Below, piece by piece: positions 54,848 to 62,308 of a stretch of 62,308 bases of DNA. The position numbers and the translations under genes were made by a program. This stretch comes from Armatimonadota bacterium (lineage in GTDB: Bacteria > Sysuimicrobiota > Sysuimicrobiia > Sysuimicrobiales > Kaftiobacteriaceae), in contig JBBIUY010000015.1 of NCBI GenBank assembly GCA_037440005.1, positions 1 through 62,308 on the forward strand, in the 5' to 3' direction. Every line of letters starts with the position of its first letter. The first letter of the stretch is position 1. The notes beneath the pieces were generated by a model. It saw nothing but the letters and a program-made list of their open reading frames with translations, did not search any database and was not told the DNA's origin.

Positions 54848-55903
54848 ATGCCTTCTCGCGCCGACCTGGTGGTCCGCACCGCGCTGGTGGTCGTCACCAT
54901 CCTCCTGGTGCTGGGGCTGGCCTGGCTGCTGGTGCAGATCACCGACATCCTGCTGATCGTCCTGGTGGCCGCCATCCTGGCGGCCGGCGTGTCCCCGCTG
55001 GTGAACCGGCTGGAGGCCCTGCGGTGGAGCCGGCGGGGCTGGCGCCTGTCGCGGACAGGAGCGATCCTCGTGGTCTTCCTGGGCATCGTCCTCCTCCTGC
55101 TGGCCGTGGGCGCGATCCTGGTCACCCCGCTGGTCCTGGAGACCCGGGAGTTCGTGGCCAACTTCCCGGCCCGCCTGGCCGAGCTGCAGGAACGGGCGCA
55201 GGACCTGCAGGCGCGCTATCCCTGGCTGCCGGACCTGGCGGGGCCGCTGGAGCGGCTCCCCCACGAACTGGCCACCCTGGGCCGCTTCTTCCGGCCGGCC
55301 GCCGGGGTGGCGTTCAGGGTCCTGGGCGGGGTGGCGTCGGTGGTCACCGTGCTGTTCTTGGCGTTCTACATGCTGGTGGAGGGGCCGGCCATCCGCCGGG
55401 GCCTGCTGGCCCTGTTCCCCCGCCGGGAGCGCGCCGCCGTCGGCGACGTGCTGGACCAGATCGGGGCGCGCTTTGGAGGGTGGCTGCGGGGCCAGCTGCT
55501 GCTGGGACTGATCATCGGCTCCGCAGCCTGGGCGTGGACCAGCATCCTGGACCTGCCCTACCCGGTGCTGCTGGGGCTCGTCGCCGGCATCACCGAGCTG
55601 GTGCCCATGGTGGGACCGGTCCTGGGCGCCATCCCGGCCGTCTTCCTGGCGCTGTTCCAGTCTCCGGTGAAGGTGCTGCTGGTGATCGCGGGCTACGCCG
55701 TCATCCAGCAGGCCGAGGCCAACTTCGTCGTGCCCCGGGTGATGCGCCGGGCGGTGGGCCTGTCGCCGCTACTGACCATCCTGGCCCTGGTCATCGGGGG
55801 CAAGCTGCTGGGCATCGCCGGCGCGCTGCTGGCGGTGCCGGTGGCGGCGGCGCTGCAGGTGGTGGCGGGAGAGGTGGGCCGGCGCGTCCGGCCCGCCGAC
55901 TGA
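54848..55903 (+). CDS. AI-2E (PerM/UPF0118) family transporter
   Basis: FYMLVEG, WLRGQ, LVPMVGP, QQAEANFVVPRVM, GALLAVP. Confidence 0.88.
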   Translation: MPSRADLVVRTALVVVTILLVLGLAWLLVQITDILLIVLVAAILAAGVSPLVNRLEALRWSRRGWRLSRTGAILVVFLGIVLLLLAVGAILVTPLVLETREFVANFPARLAELQERAQDLQARYPWLPDLAGPLERLPHELATLGRFFRPAAGVAFRVLGGVASVVTVLFLAFYMLVEGPAIRRGLLALFPRRERAAVGDVLDQIGARFGGWLRGQLLLGLIIGSAAWAWTSILDLPYPVLLGLVAGITELVPMVGPVLGAIPAVFLALFQSPVKVLLVIAGYAVIQQAEANFVVPRVMRRAVGLSPLLTILALVIGGKLLGIAGALLAVPVAAALQVVAGEVGRRVRPAD

Positions 55904-55909
55904 GGCGGC

Positions 55910-56716
55910 CTAGTCGCCGTTGTGCTCTTCGACCACCGACAGGGCCTGGGACAGGGCGGCGGTGAGGAACGCCGTCGCCTCGTGCTCGCACAGGTCCGAA
56001 AAGCCCCGCCGCTCCAGGAACTGCCGCAGGGCCGGCACCAGCCGCGACAGCTTGCGGGACATGTAGGAGAACAGGTCCCAGTAGGCCTCTTCGGCGGCCG
56101 GGTCGCCGGCTCCGGCGCGCTCCATCAGGGACAGGTACCGGGCGTGCAGGTCGCGGTACTGGGCGTCGTGCTCGTGCTCTTCCTTGAGCTGGTCGATCAG
56201 GGCGGAGACGTCGGGGTCCTCAAGCGCCTCCTGGGCGAGAAAGCTCATGTCCAGCAGCAGTTCACTGAGCTCCTCGGTCGGGTGGCCCAGGTACAGCTCA
56301 GCCTGGTGCTGCTCGGGCCCGATCAGGCGGCGCAGCTCCCGGGTGAGCTCGTCGTCGGCCTTGGGCAGCCGGGGCGGCCGGGCCCGCACCGGCGCCGCGG
56401 CGCGCTCGCGCACCGACACCCGGCTGACCGCGTCCTGACCCAGCCGGCGGCGCACGTAGGCCATCACCTCCTGCTCTTCCAGCGGGCGCGTGGACCGGAA
56501 GATCAGGGCCTCGCCGGTGTAGCCGCGGTACCGCCACCCGTCGCGGGACAGCTCTTCCACCCACCGGGCCACCTGCCGCAGCCAGGGCCCGTGCACCGCC
56601 GCGCCCCGCAGCAGCGCCGCCACCACCGCCTTGGTCGAGCGCCCGCGCACCGCGAACTCGCCGGGGCGGTCGAACAGGCGGATGGCCAGCTCGGTGTAGG
56701 TTTGGTTGCGTCCCAT
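55910..56716 (-). CDS. hypothetical protein
   Basis: Natural composition; extended -10 TGCTATACT just upstream. Confidence 0.7.
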   Translation of the reverse strand: MGRNQTYTELAIRLFDRPGEFAVRGRSTKAVVAALLRGAAVHGPWLRQVARWVEELSRDGWRYRGYTGEALIFRSTRPLEEQEVMAYVRRRLGQDAVSRVSVRERAAAPVRARPPRLPKADDELTRELRRLIGPEQHQAELYLGHPTEELSELLLDMSFLAQEALEDPDVSALIDQLKEEHEHDAQYRDLHARYLSLMERAGAGDPAAEEAYWDLFSYMSRKLSRLVPALRQFLERRGFSDLCEHEATAFLTAALSQALSVVEEHNGD

Positions 56717-56785
56717 CGAGTGACTTTAGTATAGCACGGACAGGAGACGCCGGGTCCGGGACGGAACTTCCCCGGGGGGTCCGCG

Positions 56786-58057
56786 GTGTACCTGGTAGAG
56801 CGGAGGACGCGGGAGGCGCAGGAGGCGGCGACCCTGGCGCTCTACGCCACCCGCAGCGCCGGAGCTCTCCGGCGCTACCACGAGACTCCGGATCGCTTCC
56901 GCACCGAGTTCCAGCGCGACCGGGACCGGGTGCTGCACTCCACCGCCTTCCGGCGCCTGCAGCACAAGACCCAGGTCTTCGTGGTCACCGAGGGGGACTT
57001 CTACCGGACGCGCCTCACCCACACCCTGGAGGTCAGCCAGATCGCCCGCAGCATCGCGGCGGCTCTGGGGCTGAACGTGGACCTGGCCGAAGCCATCGCC
57101 CTCGCCCACGACCTCGGCCACCCGCCCTTCGGCCACGCCGGGGAGCAGGAGCTGCACGCGCTGATGGCGGACCACGGCGGCTTCGAGCACAACCTGCAGT
57201 CCCTGCGGGTGGTGGACGAACTGGAGGTCCGCTACGCCCACGCGCCGGGCCTGAACCTCACCTGGCCGGTCCGCCAGGGCATCGCCACCCACGCCACCCT
57301 CTACGACACCCCGGCGGTACCGGCCGAGTTCGCCCGGTACCCCCAGCCATCCCTGGAGGCCCAGGTGGTGGACCTGGCCGATATGATCGCCTACAGCACC
57401 CACGACCTGGACGACGCCCTGCGCATCGGGCTGGCCGACGAGGACGACCTGGCGGCCAAGGACATCGAGCTGTGGGCCGACGCCGTGCGGGCGGCCGAGG
57501 CGCTGGTGGCGCGGTCGGACGCCGCCCGCACCCAGGTGGAACTGTCCCTGGAAGAGCCCCGGGGCGAGCGGGCGGGAGTGTTTCTGCCGCCGGGGTCGCC
57601 CAAGCGGGCGGACGTGCGCGTGCGGGAGGCCATCCGGTGGATGATCGGCCGTCTGGTGGAGGACGTCATCGCCACCTCCGCCCGGCGCATCGCCTCTAGC
57701 GGCGTGGGCTCGGCCGAGGAGGCCATGGGCCACCCCCAGCGCCTGGTGGTCCTCGGCGACCTGCTCCACCAGCAGCTGCTGCAGCTGGCGGCCTACCTGC
57801 GGGACGTGGTGTACTTCCATCCCGACAAGCTGCAGATGGAGCAGAAGGCCCGGCGGGTGGTGCGGGGCCTGTTCGAAGCGTTTGTGGCGCAGCCCCGGCT
57901 GCTGCCGCGGGTGACCCAGGAGCGCCTGGCCCGGGCCGACGTGTACCGGGTGGTCTGCGACTACGTCTCCGGGATGACCGACCGCTTCGCCCTGGACGTG
58001 TACACCCGGCTGTTTGAAACCTCCACCCTCGGCTTCGGCGGGGGGATCCGTCCGTAG
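56786..58057 (+). CDS. dgt: deoxyguanosinetriphosphate triphosphohydrolase (HD family)
   Basis: FQRDRDR, FRRLQHKTQVF, RTRLTH, AHDLGHPPFGHAGE, DYVSGMTD. Confidence 0.92.
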   Translation: MYLVERRTREAQEAATLALYATRSAGALRRYHETPDRFRTEFQRDRDRVLHSTAFRRLQHKTQVFVVTEGDFYRTRLTHTLEVSQIARSIAAALGLNVDLAEAIALAHDLGHPPFGHAGEQELHALMADHGGFEHNLQSLRVVDELEVRYAHAPGLNLTWPVRQGIATHATLYDTPAVPAEFARYPQPSLEAQVVDLADMIAYSTHDLDDALRIGLADEDDLAAKDIELWADAVRAAEALVARSDAARTQVELSLEEPRGERAGVFLPPGSPKRADVRVREAIRWMIGRLVEDVIATSARRIASSGVGSAEEAMGHPQRLVVLGDLLHQQLLQLAAYLRDVVYFHPDKLQMEQKARRVVRGLFEAFVAQPRLLPRVTQERLARADVYRVVCDYVSGMTDRFALDVYTRLFETSTLGFGGGIRP

Positions 58058-58152
58058 CCAGGTCGGGCGGGCCCCGACGGAGGCGGCGCGGACGGTCGGG
58101 ACGGGCTGCGGTATGATGGCCTGGCGGACTATCCGATCACGGTGAGGTGACC

Positions 58153-60489
58153 ATGAGCCTGCGGGTTGTGGGAACTCCTGCCAAGCGTGTCGAGGGCCGT
58201 GAGAAGCTGACCGGCGCCGCCCGCTACACCGAAGACCTGCGCCTGCCGGGGATGCTGCACGCGCGGCTGGTCCTCAGCCCCCATCCCCACGCCCGGATCG
58301 TGCGGGTGCCCCGGGAAGTCGCCCTGCAGGTGCCGGGGGTGGCGGCGGTGGTCACCGAAGCCGACCTGCCGGGAGGCATCAGCAGCCGGATGATGGCCCG
58401 CGACGAGGTCCGCTACGCCGGCCAGCCGGTGGCGGCGGTGCTGGCCGAGACCGAGGCCGCCGCCGCCGACGGGGCCGAGCGCCTGGCGGCCGCCGTGGAG
58501 TACGAGGTCCTGCCGGCGGTCCTGACTCCCGAGGAGGCGATGGCGCCCGGCGCGCCCCTGGTGAACCCCGAGGAGGCGGGGGAGGAGGACGAGGAGGCAG
58601 CCGGCCACGCCACGGTGACCGCCGGGGAGGCGGCGGCCACCGCGCCGAACGTGGCCAGCCGGTACCACTTCACCCGGGGAGACGTCCGGGAGGGGTTCCG
58701 CCAGGCCGCCGTGGTGGTCGAGCGCACCTACCGCACCTCCCGGCTGTACCAGGCCCACATCGAACCCCACGCGACCGTGGCCGCGGTGGACCCGGTCACC
58801 GGCGTGGTGACGGTGTACAGCTCCACCCAGGGGCAGTTCTACGTCCGCGGGGAGGTGGCCGAGGCCCTGGGCCTGCCCGAGCAGCAGGTGCGGGTGGTGC
58901 CCCTGACCGTGGGCGGGGGGTTTGGGGGGAAGATCTCGCTGCTGGAGCCGCTGGTGGCGGCGCTGGCGGTGGCGGTGCGCCGTCCGGTGCGGCTGGTCCT
59001 CACCCGGCGGGAGGACTTCCTGCTCAGCACCCCCGGCCCCGAGTGCGCCATCTGGCTGCGCACCGGCGCCGCGGCCGACGGGACGCTGGTGGCCCTGCAG
59101 GCGCGGATCGTCTTCGACGCCGGCTGCGCGCCCGGAGCCCCCGCGTCCATCGCGGCGATCCTGCTGGGCGGCTATTACCGGGTGCCGCATCTGGAGATCG
59201 AGTCGCTGGAGGTCCTCACCCACAAGGCCCCCAACGGCGCCTACCGGGCTCCCGGCGCCCCCCAGGCCACGTTCGCCATCGAGTCGCAGATGGACCTGAT
59301 GGCGCAGGCGCTGGGGCTGGACGCGGTGGAGTTCCGTCTGCGCAACGCCTCCCGTCCGGGCGAGCCCATGCCCAACGGGAGGCCGTGGCCTCCCATGGGA
59401 CTGCAGGAGGTGCTGCGGGCGCTGCGCGACCACCCCCGGTGGACCTCCCGTGTCCGGGAGCCCGGGGTGGGCTACGGGGTGGCGGTGGGGGGCTGGCCGG
59501 GGGGCGTGGAGTCCGCCAGCGCCTGCGTGCGGGCCAACGCCGACGGCACGTTCCAGGTCGTCACGGGGGCGGTGGACATCACCGGCACGGCCACCACCTT
59601 CCAGTCCATCGCCGCCGAGGTGCTGGGCGTGGATCCCGACAGCGTCCGGGTCGTCACCGCCGACACCGACCACGCGCCGTATGCCGGCATGTCCGCCGGC
59701 AGCAAGACCACCTACGCGGTGGGGGCGGCGGTGCGGCTGGCGGCCGAGGACGCGCGCCGGCAGATCCTCAGCATCGCCGCCAGCGAGCTGGAGGCCCGGC
59801 CCGACGACCTGGAGATCGCCGACGGCCGGGTGCGCGTGCGGGGCACTCCGCAGAAGGCGGTGGCGCTGGCGGAGATCGCCCGCAAGAGCATGGCCTTCGG
59901 GGCCCGGTACGCGCCGGTGTTCGGCGTCGGTTCGGTCGCCGCGCCCCGGCCGTCGCCCGGATTTGCCGCCCACCTGGCGAAAGTGCGGGTGGATACCGAG
60001 ACCGGGCAGGTGCAGCTGGTGGACTACCTGGTGGTCCAGGACGTGGGCTTTCCCATCAACCCCGCCGCGGTGGAGGGACAGATGCGCGGCGGGGCCGCCC
60101 AGGGCATCGGGTGGGGGCTGCTGGAGGCGATGGTGTTCGACGGCCAGGGGACCCTGCTGACCACCACCTTCGCCGACTACCCCATCCCCCGCGCCGCGGA
60201 CGTGCCGCCCACCGACGTGGTGATGGTCCAGGTGCCGTCGGAGGCGGGTCCTTTCGGCGCCAAGGGGGTGGGCGAGCCGCCGGTGGTCCCCGGCGGCGCG
60301 GCCATCGCCAACGCCATCGCCGACGCCACCGGAGTCCGGATCTACGAGCTGCCCATCACGCCCCCCAGGCTGCTGCGGGCGCTGCGGGAGGCCGCCGGGC
60401 AGGCGCAGGGAGCGGCCGGGCAGGCCTCAGAGTCGGACGCTGAACACCACCGTGAGGGTGGCCGAGCTGCTGATCAGCGTCAACGATAG
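58153..60489 (+). CDS. xanthine dehydrogenase/CoxL-family molybdopterin-binding large subunit
   Basis: KLTGAARY, SPHPHARI, VGGGFGGK, AYRAPG, EGQMRGG, GAKGVGE. Confidence 0.9.
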   Translation: MSLRVVGTPAKRVEGREKLTGAARYTEDLRLPGMLHARLVLSPHPHARIVRVPREVALQVPGVAAVVTEADLPGGISSRMMARDEVRYAGQPVAAVLAETEAAAADGAERLAAAVEYEVLPAVLTPEEAMAPGAPLVNPEEAGEEDEEAAGHATVTAGEAAATAPNVASRYHFTRGDVREGFRQAAVVVERTYRTSRLYQAHIEPHATVAAVDPVTGVVTVYSSTQGQFYVRGEVAEALGLPEQQVRVVPLTVGGGFGGKISLLEPLVAALAVAVRRPVRLVLTRREDFLLSTPGPECAIWLRTGAAADGTLVALQARIVFDAGCAPGAPASIAAILLGGYYRVPHLEIESLEVLTHKAPNGAYRAPGAPQATFAIESQMDLMAQALGLDAVEFRLRNASRPGEPMPNGRPWPPMGLQEVLRALRDHPRWTSRVREPGVGYGVAVGGWPGGVESASACVRANADGTFQVVTGAVDITGTATTFQSIAAEVLGVDPDSVRVVTADTDHAPYAGMSAGSKTTYAVGAAVRLAAEDARRQILSIAASELEARPDDLEIADGRVRVRGTPQKAVALAEIARKSMAFGARYAPVFGVGSVAAPRPSPGFAAHLAKVRVDTETGQVQLVDYLVVQDVGFPINPAAVEGQMRGGAAQGIGWGLLEAMVFDGQGTLLTTTFADYPIPRAADVPPTDVVMVQVPSEAGPFGAKGVGEPPVVPGGAAIANAIADATGVRIYELPITPPRLLRALREAAGQAQGAAGQASESDAEHHREGGRAADQRQR

Positions 60490-60903
60490 CTGCGGGCCGA
60501 AGTCCTCTTCCTTGACCGCGATGACCGTGACCGAGTTCACCGGCACGATGGCTGCGGTGGTCCGCAGGGGCACCAGGTAGAAGATCCGTCCCCGCAGCTT
60601 GGCCCCCGCCGGCGTGTTCAGCCGCACCAGCTGGCCCGGCGGGATCTTCACGTCGGGCGCCGCGAACGCCAGGAAGGTCCCCCGGCTGTCCCGCAGCACC
60701 AGCAGGACGTAGCAGCGTCCCGGCTGGACCACCACGCCGCCCACCACCAGGACGGCGGCCGGGCAGAACAGCTCTCCGGGCTTGTAGGATTTGACCTTGA
60801 CCGGCTTGGGCGGCTTGTCCTTGGCCGACGGCCCCGCCAGGGCCACGGAGCCCACAGCCAGGGTGACCGCAAGGGCCAGCGCCACGATGCGTGGGATGCT
60901 CAT
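60427..60903 (-). CDS. secreted hypothetical protein
   Basis: SD GAGGAG; signal peptide MSIPRIVALALAVTLAVGSVALA; overlaps the convergent gene end. Confidence 0.7.
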   Translation of the reverse strand: MSIPRIVALALAVTLAVGSVALAGPSAKDKPPKPVKVKSYKPGELFCPAAVLVVGGVVVQPGRCYVLLVLRDSRGTFLAFAAPDVKIPPGQLVRLNTPAGAKLRGRIFYLVPLRTTAAIVPVNSVTVIAVKEEDFGPQLSLTLISSSATLTVVFSVRL

Positions 60904-60982
60904 GCCAATCCGCTCCTCCCCGGGGCCCGCGTGGTCCCTGTCTGCAGTACGCAGAACCCGCCTGCCGGGTTCCGTCCCCACC

Positions 60983-62152
60983 TTACCCCTGGCGGCGCGC
61001 AGGCAGACGGGCGGCGACAGCTTCCGGACGCCGCAGCCACCCGCCGCCCAGCGCGGCCGCGCCGGCGGCGAGGGCGGACGCCAGCAGGTAGGTGGCCTGC
61101 AGTCCGTAGATCCGGCCGATCACTCCTCCTCCGATGGCTCCGGCGCCGATGCCCACTTCCAGGAAGATGCCCATGGTGGCCAGGGCGCTGCCGCGCTCGT
61201 CCTCGCCCACCAGGTCGGACGCCATCGCCAGCAGCGCCGGCTGCGCCACGCCCTGGCCCACCCCGACCAGGAGCGTCCCGGCCGGGAGCGCCCACCCGCG
61301 GGCGAGAGCGGCCACGGCCATGCCCAACGCCGCCAGGGCCAGCCCGGGGATGATGGCCGCCCGGCGGCCCGCGCGGTCGGCGATCTGCCGCAGCAGCAGT
61401 TGAGAGGCAATCTGACCGGCGGCGAACGCGGTGAACGCCACGCCGGGGTTGGCCAGCCCCCGGCGGACGGCATGCACCGCGAGCAGCCCGAAGTTCACTC
61501 CGAAGCTGGCCATCAGTGCCATCAGCAAGACGCCGGGCAGCACCACGCGGGGGTGGAAGAACCGCCGCGGCGTCCGCGCGTTGGGGGGAGGAGGCGTGAC
61601 CGGCACGGACAGGGCCAGCAGCGCCGCCGCCACGCTTATGGCCGCGCAGAGACCGAACAGGGACCCGTAGCCCGCCCGGGCGGCCGCCGCCACCCCGGCG
61701 GCGGGGCCGATCCCCTGCCCCAGGCTGAGGGCCACGGCCAGCACGCTGAGGGCTTCTCCCCGCCGGGCCGGCGGGGCCAGGGTGACCGCCAGGAGCTGGG
61801 AGGCGGTGGACAGCAGGGCGATGCCCAGCCCCGCCAGCACCCGGAAGCCGATGAGCGCCCCCACCGACGGGGACGCCGCAAAACCCGCCGCCGACACCGC
61901 AAACAGGCAGCCGCCGGCCACCAGGGCCAGGCGGCTGCCGCCGTGGTCCAGCCACCACCCCACCCACGGCCGGGACAGCAGCGACGTGAGGGCGATGACG
62001 CCGGTGAGCAGGCCCACGGCGGCGTCGTCGGCGCCCAGGCTGACCGCGTACAGGGGCAGGCCGGCGGTGGTCAACTGGAAGCCCAGATAGCCCAGCAGCG
62101 CCACCAGCCACAGCTGGACAAACGTCTGAGGGAACCGTCCGGCGGGAACCAT
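60983..62152 (-). CDS. MFS transporter
   Basis: About 12 TMs; GWWLDHGGSR and IADRAGRR motif A; ERGSAL. Confidence 0.88.
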   Translation of the reverse strand: MVPAGRFPQTFVQLWLVALLGYLGFQLTTAGLPLYAVSLGADDAAVGLLTGVIALTSLLSRPWVGWWLDHGGSRLALVAGGCLFAVSAAGFAASPSVGALIGFRVLAGLGIALLSTASQLLAVTLAPPARRGEALSVLAVALSLGQGIGPAAGVAAAARAGYGSLFGLCAAISVAAALLALSVPVTPPPPNARTPRRFFHPRVVLPGVLLMALMASFGVNFGLLAVHAVRRGLANPGVAFTAFAAGQIASQLLLRQIADRAGRRAAIIPGLALAALGMAVAALARGWALPAGTLLVGVGQGVAQPALLAMASDLVGEDERGSALATMGIFLEVGIGAGAIGGGVIGRIYGLQATYLLASALAAGAAALGGGWLRRPEAVAARLPARRQG

Positions 62153-62233
62153 CTCCCCCTATAGGTTGACCGCGTCGGGGCGGCGTCCTCCGCCGGGCGG
62201 AGCGGCGACGGCCGGGCTATAATGGGCGTGCGT

Positions 62234-62308
62234 GGGGACGTAGCTCAGCGGGAGAGCACCTGGTTTGCAACCAGGGGGTCGGGGGTTCGAATCCCCTCGT
62301 CTCCACCA
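62234..62308 (+). tRNA. tRNA-Ala(TGC)
   Basis: Cloverleaf with CCTGG-TTTGCAA-CCAGG anticodon arm, G3-U70, CCA end; TATAAT at 62218-62223. Confidence 0.96.

Noticed and set aside
58153..60489. Aerobic CO dehydrogenase CoxL form I
   Set aside because: Lacks AYxCSFR (has AYRAPG) and there are no cox accessory genes
50..62164. Many long ORFs rich in R/P/G/A (e.g. 121-2088 +, 23994-26798 +, 35595-38105 +, 43472-45868 -)
   Set aside because: Antisense or off-frame shadows of well-supported genes, as expected in very GC-rich DNA
62234..62308. Island boundary at tRNA-Ala
   Set aside because: The window ends at the CCA, so nothing downstream can be assessed

Overview
A 62.3-kb, very GC-rich bacterial chromosomal window. 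Gene style suggests an Armatimonadota/Chloroflexota-like organism, but this is inference only. It holds about 58 genuine CDSs, two tRNAs (Asn-GTT, Ala-TGC) and no CRISPR, rRNA, integrase or phage genes. Most long ORFs in the supplied track are GC-rich shadow frames or carry false N-terminal extensions, so I re-called starts. Routine content: an aconitase/UroD-like/M24/GNAT operon, suhB, nth plus a short mutY, ggt, ndk, GH1, two sugar-ABC/glycosidase operons, dGTPase, a Mo-hydroxylase large subunit and an MFS transporter. Five blocks stand out. (1) 32.6-38.1 kb: a c-di-GMP module with sigma54-type promoters, two c-di-GMP-I riboswitches whose P3 stems carry a long 8-nt-periodic hairpin, a TPR protein coupled to a small secreted peptide (RRNPP-like layout), a small secreted protein and a Cache-HAMP-GAF-GAF-HD-GYP phosphodiesterase. 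(2) 38.4-42.1 kb: an ECF sigma/zinc anti-sigma operon encoding a probable selenocysteine ArsM-like methyltransferase, an AhpD-like protein and a DUF1326/DUF2182 pair. (3) 6.9-13.3 kb: a TetR-controlled locus whose ABC permease is fused to a MenA prenyltransferase next to MenG, a candidate quinone-precursor import and salvage system. (4) A RAYT transposase with a dispersed 13-bp palindrome family, including a 23-bp-period inverted array. (5) A duplicated tRNA-Asn 3' end whose trailer is antisense to the T-arm region. All family calls come from motif recognition by eye, not from database searches.
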